Source: an uncultured bacterium
Lineage (GTDB): Bacteria > Patescibacteriota > Minisyncoccia > Phycocordibacterales > GWA1-40-21
DNA: 64,000 nt
Direction of reading: 5' to 3'
Assembly: GCA_963804975.1 (NCBI GenBank)
Contig: CAWDSG010000002.1
Span: forward strand, 341,015-405,014
The translations under genes were made by a program, and so were the position numbers. Under the pieces are notes generated by a model, which saw only the letters and a program-made list of their open reading frames with translations, did no database searches and was not told the origin of the DNA. Each line of letters begins with the position of its first letter. Position 1 is the first letter of the stretch. Below, in pieces: positions 56,287 to 64,000 of this stretch.

Positions 56287-56937
56287 TTGAATATGGCAAA
56301 TAAAACATTCCGTGAAAAACTGATTATAGTGCTCAAATGCTTATGGATGCTGATTAAGCCGATTCCCGCAATAATTGCCGTATGCGCGATATGGTATTTC
56401 GTGTTTTATAAAAATAGCCTTCATGTGAGCGAAAATGTTGAAATTATTATGATTTGGATTTCTATATTCGGCATTCTCTACGGCCTTTTTGAAGCTGTTG
56501 TACTGACCACGGTTTGGAATGAATACAAAACAATGAGAACGGCTGTCAAAAGATATGATTTTGACACTTTTGCGGATTTGCGTGACGAGGAAATATCCCC
56601 GCTGGTGCATACGCTCACGTTTGTGCTTTCCGGGGTTATACTTTTGGCACTTATGTGCCTGAAATACGTCAGTTTGCAAAGCGGAATGCTTTTTATCGCG
56701 AGCACAACCTATCTTTTCACCCTTATTTTCCTTGTTATATACGAAATAGACGATCCCTGCACCGGCCTTTGGTATATAAGAAGTATTCCTAAAGAATGGC
56801 TTCAGATTGATGTCAAAAAATTTCGTATGGAAGAACGATATAAAAAAGCTCATCCGCTTTTTTTGGAAAAACATAAAGACAAGATTGAGAAAAAAATTAA
56901 TAATTTCTTGGCAAATAATCCCGAACAGAAAAAATAG
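56287..56937 (+). CDS. polytopic membrane protein, hypothetical
   Basis: 216 aa, 4 TM. Confidence 0.5.
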   Translation: MNMANKTFREKLIIVLKCLWMLIKPIPAIIAVCAIWYFVFYKNSLHVSENVEIIMIWISIFGILYGLFEAVVLTTVWNEYKTMRTAVKRYDFDTFADLRDEEISPLVHTLTFVLSGVILLALMCLKYVSLQSGMLFIASTTYLFTLIFLVIYEIDDPCTGLWYIRSIPKEWLQIDVKKFRMEERYKKAHPLFLEKHKDKIEKKINNFLANNPEQKK

Positions 56938-56939
56938 AT

Positions 56940-58241
56940 ATGAGAAATGATATCGTATACGAAGGAGCCGACGAGCTTACTTATGAAATAAGGGAAATCG
57001 TGGAAATTGCCCAAAAAATAGAAAAAACCGGCATTAAGATTTTTTGGGAAAATATCGGCGATCCCGTGGCGAAAGGTGAAAAAATACCTGAGTGGATTAA
57101 GAATATTATTGCCGACACAGTGAAAAATGACGACGATAGTTTTGCATATTCTCCGACTCGCGGACTTCTTGAAACGCGGGAATATATCGCAAAAGAAAGG
57201 AATCTTGAAGGCGGAATCCAAATAAAACCTGATGATATATTATTTTTCAATGGGCTTGGCGACGCTATTTCAAAAGTTTATACTTATCTTAATTCGCACG
57301 CCCGAGTTATCGGCCCAAATCCCGCTTATCCGACCCATTCTTCCGCCGAAGCGGCGCATGCCGACGCTCCGCATATCACATATAAGCTTGATCCGAAAAA
57401 CAATTGGTATCCGGATCTTGCCGATATGAGAGAAAAAATAATTTCCAATAAGCATATTTCCGGAATTTTAATCATCAATCCGGATAATCCGACAGGGATG
57501 GTTTATCCCGAGGAAATTATGAAAAAAATCGTAGATATGGCGCGCGAATTCAAACTCTTCATCATTTCCGATGAGATTTATTCAAACCTTTTTTATGAAG
57601 GTGTAAAACATAAAAAACTGGCGCAGGTATTGGGCGATGTGCCGGGACTTGCCATGCGCGGAATATCAAAAGAATTTCCTTGGCCGGGAGGACGCTGTGG
57701 CTGGATAGAATTCTACAATTGCGATAAAGACAAAGATTTTGCCAGATACGCCAAAACACTTCTTGACGCAAAGATGCTTGAGGTTTGCTCTACCACCCTG
57801 CCACAAAAAGTTCTGCCGAAAGTTATGGGCGATCCGCGGTATTATCCATACTTGGCGGAGCGCAATAAAACATACAAAAGAAAAGCTGAAATCACCTATG
57901 AAATTTTATCAAAAATTCCGGAAATTATCGTGAATAAGCCCAGCGGAGCTTTTTATATGACGGTTATTTTCAAAAACGGCGTATTGAACCCAAAACAAAC
58001 CTTAAAACCGGCAAATAAGGAAGCCGGGAAAATCGTGGAAAAAATTTCAGAAACCGATAAGCTGGACAAAAGATTCGCTTATCAGCTTCTCTCTTCGCGC
58101 GGAATCTGCGTTGTCCCCCTTTCTTCCGGTTTCAATTCCGATCTGTACGGCTTTCGTATTACTCTGCTTGAACCGGACGAAATAAAATTCAAAAAAACTA
58201 TTGAAACGATAGCGGATGCAATAAATGAATATATAAAATGA
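56940..58241 (+). CDS. PLP-dependent aminotransferase, class I/II
   Basis: 'ISKEFPWPGGRCGWIEF' (SK...G.R.G PLP-lysine region); 433 aa. Confidence 0.85.
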   Translation: MRNDIVYEGADELTYEIREIVEIAQKIEKTGIKIFWENIGDPVAKGEKIPEWIKNIIADTVKNDDDSFAYSPTRGLLETREYIAKERNLEGGIQIKPDDILFFNGLGDAISKVYTYLNSHARVIGPNPAYPTHSSAEAAHADAPHITYKLDPKNNWYPDLADMREKIISNKHISGILIINPDNPTGMVYPEEIMKKIVDMAREFKLFIISDEIYSNLFYEGVKHKKLAQVLGDVPGLAMRGISKEFPWPGGRCGWIEFYNCDKDKDFARYAKTLLDAKMLEVCSTTLPQKVLPKVMGDPRYYPYLAERNKTYKRKAEITYEILSKIPEIIVNKPSGAFYMTVIFKNGVLNPKQTLKPANKEAGKIVEKISETDKLDKRFAYQLLSSRGICVVPLSSGFNSDLYGFRITLLEPDEIKFKKTIETIADAINEYIK

Positions 58242-59356
58242 AAAAGAAGAAAACTTTTTTAAAAAATCCTTATGTATGGCTCTCGGCAAGCTTGCTTTAT
58301 TTGGCTGCAATCATAATTTGCGGATTTTTTAATGTTAAAACTTCTCCCGCCCAGACAGTTTCAAATATCGTAAAAGATATTTTTATTGCTCCAAAATATC
58401 CGCCGCTTAATATCGCCGATTACGATCTGCGCCTCGACAAGCTTGCGCATCTTTTGCCGAGAGACGCAACAAACACTCTGTCGCTTATCTCCACTTCAAC
58501 AGCGACTTCCACCGTCAATATCGCAACATCAACGCGTCTTTGGCCTGTACAAGCCCCGTATCCTCTGGATGGGGCAATTTTTCCTTTCAAACGCATCATC
58601 GCCTATTACGGAAATTATTATTCAAAAAATATGGGCGTACTTGGGCAATATCCGGCAGATGAAATGCTTTCCATGCTCCAAGCGGAAGTGAATAAATGGA
58701 ATCTTGCCGATCCCGGCACGCCTGCCTCACCTGCATTGCAATATATTGCGGTTACAGCCCAAGGGTATAAAGGCAATGACGGCAAATATCGCTCTAGAAT
58801 GCCGTCTGACCAGATAGATAAAACTATATCGCTTGCATCAGAGATAAACGGTATTGTCATTCTTGATGTGCAGATCGGGCAAAGCACGCTGGAAAACGAA
58901 ATTCCTCCTCTTCTAAAATATTTAAAGATGCCGCAAGTAAATCTCGCCATTGATCCGGAATTTGCGATGAAAGCAAGCCAAGTGCCTGGAGCCGAGTATG
59001 TCGGCACAATTGATGCAGTGGATATCAATTATGTGATAAATTTTCTCGCGAAGCTTGTAAAAGAATACGATCTTCCGCCGAAAATTCTGATAATCCACCG
59101 ATACAGGGAAAATATGGTTACCAATTATAAAGAAATTGAAAAGATACCCGAAGTGCAGGTTGTAATGAATATGGACGGCTGGGGCGATATCGGCGGCAAA
59201 ATGGCAATTTATCAGGAATATATAACGGATCAGCCGGTGCAGTTTGCCGGCATCAAGCTTTTTTATCACAATGACACTCTGGCGAGCAGCACTATGATGA
59301 CGCCGGATGAAATTTTGAAACTGACTCCTGAACCGATTTATATCCAGTATCAATAA
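58238..59356 (+). CDS. membrane-anchored extracytoplasmic hypothetical protein
   Basis: 372 aa, N-terminal TM; no family recognised; 4-nt overlap with aminotransferase. Confidence 0.5.
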   Translation: MKKKKTFLKNPYVWLSASLLYLAAIIICGFFNVKTSPAQTVSNIVKDIFIAPKYPPLNIADYDLRLDKLAHLLPRDATNTLSLISTSTATSTVNIATSTRLWPVQAPYPLDGAIFPFKRIIAYYGNYYSKNMGVLGQYPADEMLSMLQAEVNKWNLADPGTPASPALQYIAVTAQGYKGNDGKYRSRMPSDQIDKTISLASEINGIVILDVQIGQSTLENEIPPLLKYLKMPQVNLAIDPEFAMKASQVPGAEYVGTIDAVDINYVINFLAKLVKEYDLPPKILIIHRYRENMVTNYKEIEKIPEVQVVMNMDGWGDIGGKMAIYQEYITDQPVQFAGIKLFYHNDTLASSTMMTPDEILKLTPEPIYIQYQ

Positions 59357-59469
59357 AAGCTCACTCGGACATTTAATTTTGAGATCCGCATAATTTTCTG
59401 CTGAAAATTTGCTCAGGACTCATGCCGACGCATTCCGTAGCTCTCAAAATTAAATGTCCTCGCTCGCTG
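59357..59469 (+). repeat. long-hairpin intergenic element, copy C
   Basis: Starts at base after stop; arms ggacatttaattttgagatc (59367-59386) / gctctcaaaattaaatgtcc (59440-59459) perfectly complementary; about 90 percent identical to copy B with compensatory stem changes; fills the intergenic gap. Confidence 0.85.
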
Positions 59470-59471
59470 TC

Positions 59472-60056
59472 TTATTTTATTTTTCTGAATCGGGTTTTGT
59501 AAATCAGATATGCAAGAAAAATAATAATAGCGATTATTGCAAAAATCCAAAGATCGGCAAGGAATTTCGGCCAGTACTTTCCCACCAGATATCCGGCGAG
59601 CACAAAAAAGACCACATCGGTTATATTTCCCAAAACATCGAATAAAAGGAATTTCCAGAAAGGAATGCGGATAAGTCCTGAGATGAAATTTACCGATGGG
59701 CCGAACGGCCCGACAATCTTGCAGAAAAATATAGTTCCATAGGCATAGTTTTCCAGATATTTCTTGACTTTAAAGAAAGCGTCATCTTTTTTTATACGCA
59801 GAAATTTAAAAATTGTATCGCCGTGCCTATGAGTAAGAAAATAGCCCAACATATCTGCAGAAATATTTGTGAAAAGCGAAATAAAAATTACTTTAAAAAC
59901 ATTAAAATAACCAAGACTGGCAAAAGCCCCAACCATCAGTATGATTTCATTCAGCGGAAGAGGCACAATGAAAGAACCTGAAAATACAATGATAAACAAG
60001 GCGATATACTTGTAAGCGATGAGATATGACGTGAATGACGATACCAAAAAAATCAT
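59472..60056 (-). CDS. DedA/VTT-family membrane protein
   Basis: 'GPFGPSVNFISGLIRIPFWKFLLFDVLGNITDVVFFVLAGYLVG'; 194 aa. Confidence 0.8.
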   Translation of the reverse strand: MIFLVSSFTSYLIAYKYIALFIIVFSGSFIVPLPLNEIILMVGAFASLGYFNVFKVIFISLFTNISADMLGYFLTHRHGDTIFKFLRIKKDDAFFKVKKYLENYAYGTIFFCKIVGPFGPSVNFISGLIRIPFWKFLLFDVLGNITDVVFFVLAGYLVGKYWPKFLADLWIFAIIAIIIFLAYLIYKTRFRKIK

Positions 60057-60101
60057 TTTTTGTTTAAAAACTAATTATAGCATAATAATTCATAAAATAT
60101 T

Positions 60102-60704
60102 TTAAAAATTTGCTTTAAGCCCGATTTTCTTTCTTTGCATTGTTTTGTAAATAATATAAATTATAAATATCACAAAAACAACGGCGCTCGCAAGCCACGT
60201 GTCGTCAATGAACAATTGCCAGTAATTGCCGAGAATATAGCCGGCAAGGACGAAAAATACGTCACCGACGGCATTTCCGAGGATATCTGCAAAAAGGAAT
60301 TTATGGAACGGAACGCCGATAAGCCCGGAGAGAAAATTGACATACGGAGCAAAAGGGCCGGCGATTTTTGTCAGAAAAATGGTTCCGAAAGCGTAATTTC
60401 TCAGATGTTTTTCAATATCAAAAATTTTTTTGTCCCATTTTGGAATAAGCTTATCAATGACAATGTTTCCATATCTGTATGTGAGAAAAAAACCGAAACA
60501 GTCGGCAAGAACAGTTCCGATAATTGTGATTAAAATAACGATATAAACATTCATATATCCTTGGCTGGCAAAAGCTCCGCAAGCGACAAGAACGGTATTT
60601 TCCGGTATTGGCAGAATAAAAGCCGAAGAAAAGGCAATGAGAAAAAGCCCCCAATATTTATACAACAGAATAAAAGATAGGAATGAGGAAAGAAACAAAG
60701 TCAT
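60102..60704 (-). CDS. DedA/VTT-family membrane protein (tandem paralog)
   Basis: 'GPFAPYVNFLSGLIGVPFHKFLFADILGNAVGDVFFVLAGYILG'; 200 aa. Confidence 0.8.
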   Translation of the reverse strand: MTLFLSSFLSFILLYKYWGLFLIAFSSAFILPIPENTVLVACGAFASQGYMNVYIVILITIIGTVLADCFGFFLTYRYGNIVIDKLIPKWDKKIFDIEKHLRNYAFGTIFLTKIAGPFAPYVNFLSGLIGVPFHKFLFADILGNAVGDVFFVLAGYILGNYWQLFIDDTWLASAVVFVIFIIYIIYKTMQRKKIGLKANF

Positions 60705-60705
60705 T

Positions 60706-61098
60706 TTATTTTATTGGCGAAAGAAAATAATCGGCGACTGTTTTTTTCATTTCTGCCAGAAACTGGATTTCATCAAGCTTATGATTCTTTGCATACCTTG
60801 AAATCGGAATTAGCGGATAGCTTGAATCGGAAATAACTAAAGTGTTTTTTAAATAATCCGAGGGCAGTGCAAAAATCCTGTTGATGTAGTCAAATGTCAT
60901 CCACGAAGCGATCAAATCAGTATTTTTGCCGATCAATTTGCCGTGAAATTCCGCCATTTTTTGCGTTATGGCTTCCCTATAGCTTGCGATTAATTGAAAT
61001 CTTTGAACGCGCGAATATTGCCTTATGCAATAAGCCGCCGAGAAAATAATTATAATGGAAAGGATTATGACAAGTGGTTTTGAGATTTCTTTTTTCAT
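60706..61098 (-). CDS. membrane-anchored hypothetical protein
   Basis: 130 aa, N-terminal TM. Confidence 0.45.
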   Translation of the reverse strand: MKKEISKPLVIILSIIIIFSAAYCIRQYSRVQRFQLIASYREAITQKMAEFHGKLIGKNTDLIASWMTFDYINRIFALPSDYLKNTLVISDSSYPLIPISRYAKNHKLDEIQFLAEMKKTVADYFLSPIK

Positions 61099-61260
61099 GG
61101 ATATATTTTAACACATTTTTTCAATACAAAAAAGTGTAGCTTTTTGAAGCGATATTTTATATAATAAAAATATAACAAATGTTGATTTGTGAGATTAAAA
61201 ACTCCTGTCAGGTGTTTTTTAATTGAGACGTTTAATAATTATTAATAATTTTGGATAAAT

Positions 61261-63915
61261 ATGGCAAAAAACAAGAAGTACGTTTATGCGTTTGAGGAAG
61301 GCAATAAGGATATGAGAGAGATTCTTGGCGGGAAAGGTGCCAATCTTGCCGAAATGAAAAGTTTGGGAATAAATGTGCCTCCGGGTTTTACCATTACGAC
61401 AGAAGCATGCCGTCTGTATTATGAAGTCGGCAAGAAAATAAATTCTGAAGTAAAAAAACAAACGGATATTGGACTAGCTCTCCTTGAAAAGAAAATGAAA
61501 AAGAAACTCGGAGATGCGAGCGATCCCCTTCTTGTTTCCGTGCGCTCTGGCGCTGCCGCTTCAATGCCTGGAATGATGGATACTATTTTGAATCTCGGAC
61601 TCAACGACAAATCTGTCCTAGGTTTGGCAAAAATAACGAATAATCCGAGATTCGCCTGGGATTCTTACCGACGTCTGATGCAAATGTTCGGCTCTGTGGT
61701 CATGGAAATGGAGCATTCCGATTTTGAGCATATTTTGGAATCAGCCAAAGATACGAAAGGCGTAAAATACGATACCGATTTGACCGCAGAAGATTTAAAA
61801 AATTTGGTTGAAAAATACAAGGCAAAAATAAAAGAGGTCAAAGGAAAGGAATTCCCGCAGAATCCGATTGAACAGATGTATATGGCTATCAATGCCGTTT
61901 TCAATTCCTGGAACAATTACCGCGCTATCAGATATCGCGAAATAAACAATATCAAAGGGCTTATTGGCACTGCAGTCAATATCCAGTCAATGGTCTTCGG
62001 CAATCTGGGAAATGATTCCGGCACCGGCGTATGCTTTACCAGAAATCCTTCAACCGGCGAGGCAAAATTCTACGGCGAATATCTGATGAACGCTCAAGGC
62101 GAGGATGTCGTCGCCGGCATCAGGACTCCGCTTGCTGTTTCAGCCCTGGAAAAGCAAGACCCGAAGATTTACAAAGAACTCGTCAGTACCTGCAACAAAG
62201 TTGAAAAACATTACAAAGATATGCAGGATATGGAATTTACCATTGAACGAGGCAAGCTTTATATTCTTCAAGCAAGAAGCGGAAAAAGAACTGCCGCAGC
62301 TTCAGTAAAAATTGCAGTTGACCTGGTTAAAGAAAAACTTATAACTCTTGAGACCGCGATTTTGAGGATTGATCCTAACCAATTAAACCAGCTTTTGCAC
62401 AAACAACTCGATCCCGTCGCCGTAGCCGAAGCCGAATCAATCGCCCAGGGTTTGCCTGCATCGCCGGGAGCTGCTGTTGGAGAAATTGTTTTCACCGCAT
62501 CCGAAGCTTTTGAAAAAGCAAAATCAGGACTTGATGTCATTCTTGTCAGGACGGAAACATCGCCGGAAGATATTGATGGAATGCATTCCGCGAAAGGAAT
62601 TTTGACTGCGCGGGGCGGAATGACATCTCATGCGGCAGTCGTTGCACGAGGAATGGGCACCTGCTGCGTCGCCGGTTGTTCGGATTTGGATATAAACGAA
62701 AAAAATAAAACTCTGACAATTAAAAGCAAAGGTATCACTCTCAAAGAAGGAGATTTTATTTCGCTTGACGGTTCTACCGGAAAAGTTTACGGCAAAAAAC
62801 TCGGCACGCAGGATCCAGCGCTTACCGGTAATTTTGCCACGCTTATGTTGTGGTCTGATAAATTCAGAAAAATAGGCGTTGAAACAAATGCCGATACGCC
62901 ACATGATGCGGAAGTTGCGAGAAAATTCGGCGCGGAAGGCATCGGTCTTTGCAGGACCGAACATATGTTTTTTGAAGGCGCTAGAATAAAAGCTATACGA
63001 GAAATGATTCTTGCCAAAGACCTTGAAGCGAGAAAAAAGGCATTGGCAAAGCTTTATCCGTACCAAAAAGGCGATTTTGCGGGCCTATTTACCGCAATGA
63101 GCGGCTTTTCCGTGACTATCCGCCTCTTGGATGCACCACTTCATGAATTCCTGCCTAAAGAGCAGAAAGATATTGAAGAATTGGCAAAAGAAATGAATGT
63201 CGGCGTAAATACTTTGGAAGCAAAAATTGCCGATTTGCACGAATTCAACCCGATGCTTGGACATCGCGGCTGCCGTTTGGCCATCACCTATCCGGAAATT
63301 TACGATATGCAGGCGGAAGCAATTATTGATGCCGCAATTGAAGTGAAAAAAACCGGAAAAGTTGTGAAGCCGGAAATAATGATTCCTATTGTCGCCACCA
63401 CGAAAGAATTCACTATTTTGAAAGATAGGATTGTAAATATTGTTGAAAATAAAATAAAACTTTCAGGAACAAAAATTGATTACAAGATAGGCACCATGAT
63501 AGAAGTCCCAAGAGCTGCTTTGATTGCCGACAAACTTGTAGAAGCCGGCGCGCAATTTTTCTCATTCGGCACGAATGATTTGACACAAATGGGCGCCGGG
63601 CTTTCAAGAGATGATGCAGGCAAATTCCTGAAAGAATATGTTGCAAAAGATATTTTCGCCTATGACCCGTTTGAAGTGCTTGACCAGGAAGGCATCGGCG
63701 AACTTATCAGAATTGCAGTCAAAAAAGGCAGGTCAATAGATAAAAAATTGAAAATCGGCATCTGCGGAGAGCACGGCGGAGAACCAAAAACTGTGGAATT
63801 CTGCCATCGCGAAGGTCTCACTTATGTTTCCTGCTCGCCTTTCAGAGTGCCGATTGCGCGCCTTGCCGGAGCACAGGCAGTTGTGAGAGAAAAGATTGGA
63901 AAGAAAAAGAAATAA
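61261..63915 (+). CDS. ppdK: pyruvate, phosphate dikinase
   Basis: 'GGKGANLAEM', phospho-His region 'GGMTSHAAVVARGMG', C-terminal 'CGEHGG'; 884 aa. Confidence 0.95.
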   Translation: MAKNKKYVYAFEEGNKDMREILGGKGANLAEMKSLGINVPPGFTITTEACRLYYEVGKKINSEVKKQTDIGLALLEKKMKKKLGDASDPLLVSVRSGAAASMPGMMDTILNLGLNDKSVLGLAKITNNPRFAWDSYRRLMQMFGSVVMEMEHSDFEHILESAKDTKGVKYDTDLTAEDLKNLVEKYKAKIKEVKGKEFPQNPIEQMYMAINAVFNSWNNYRAIRYREINNIKGLIGTAVNIQSMVFGNLGNDSGTGVCFTRNPSTGEAKFYGEYLMNAQGEDVVAGIRTPLAVSALEKQDPKIYKELVSTCNKVEKHYKDMQDMEFTIERGKLYILQARSGKRTAAASVKIAVDLVKEKLITLETAILRIDPNQLNQLLHKQLDPVAVAEAESIAQGLPASPGAAVGEIVFTASEAFEKAKSGLDVILVRTETSPEDIDGMHSAKGILTARGGMTSHAAVVARGMGTCCVAGCSDLDINEKNKTLTIKSKGITLKEGDFISLDGSTGKVYGKKLGTQDPALTGNFATLMLWSDKFRKIGVETNADTPHDAEVARKFGAEGIGLCRTEHMFFEGARIKAIREMILAKDLEARKKALAKLYPYQKGDFAGLFTAMSGFSVTIRLLDAPLHEFLPKEQKDIEELAKEMNVGVNTLEAKIADLHEFNPMLGHRGCRLAITYPEIYDMQAEAIIDAAIEVKKTGKVVKPEIMIPIVATTKEFTILKDRIVNIVENKIKLSGTKIDYKIGTMIEVPRAALIADKLVEAGAQFFSFGTNDLTQMGAGLSRDDAGKFLKEYVAKDIFAYDPFEVLDQEGIGELIRIAVKKGRSIDKKLKIGICGEHGGEPKTVEFCHREGLTYVSCSPFRVPIARLAGAQAVVREKIGKKKK

Positions 63916-63920
63916 AAGAA

Positions 63921-63950
63921 AAAACCCGTATGTCACTTGCGGGTTTTTAA
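63921..63950 (+). terminator. rho-independent terminator
   Basis: aaaacccg / cgggtttt stem with 11-nt loop then T-run. Confidence 0.75.
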
Positions 63951-64000
63951 TAGATTGATCTAACTAATCTTTATCAACCAACACACAGTATGGTTTTAAA

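Noticed and set aside
1-64000. Possible CRISPR array
   Set aside because: No regularly spaced direct repeats. The hairpin family copies are dispersed tens of kb apart, are not tandem, and have no cas-like genes nearby.

Overview
This 64 kb window is an AT-rich bacterial chromosomal segment, densely packed on both strands, with gene content that looks like a reduced-genome (Patescibacteria/CPR-like or Gram-positive-like) organism. The family, motif and synteny statements below come from reading the translations and nucleotide sequence by eye, without any database search.

**Housekeeping content**
- Aminoacyl-tRNA synthetases: cysS (partial), gltX, aspS, trpS.
- Cell-wall cluster: murG, ftsW, mraY, an asnB-type amidotransferase and a DacA-like DD-carboxypeptidase.
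- Chromosome segregation: scpA, scpB.
- Chaperones: dnaJ, dnaK, grpE.
- Ribosomal and translation genes: rplI, rpmA, dnaX, dus, def, fmt, hpf.
- Others: mpg, an aminotransferase, ppdK and two tRNAs (tRNA-Gln(UUG) on the minus strand, tRNA-Asn(GUU) on the plus strand).

**Accessory content**
- Two ECF sigma-factor modules. One carries a MacAB-like efflux set. The other carries a beta-lactamase-family serine hydrolase, a SET-domain protein, an anti-sigma-like membrane protein and a divergent secreted repeat protein.
- A 907-aa multidomain surface protein.
- Two Rpf/lysozyme-like proteins, a SWIB/MDM2-domain protein, a GGDEF protein, a tandem MazG-like protein with Cys knuckles, tandem DedA paralogs and many small membrane or secreted hypotheticals.

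**Most unusual signals**
- A dispersed family of about 110-nt long-hairpin elements, four clear copies plus one degenerate copy. The loop motifs are conserved, while the 20-23 bp stems differ between copies and stay complementary. The elements sit in sense orientation directly 3' of genes.
- A 32-nt GC-rich palindromic unit (GTTGAYAAAAACCCCGAGGTTWAACCTCGGGG) present three times. Two copies act as terminators and one lies in frame inside fmt.
- A pair of paralogous small genes inserted between def and fmt.
- A strongly GC-rich, non-coding-looking island between dus and dnaX, ending in a hairpin just upstream of dnaX.
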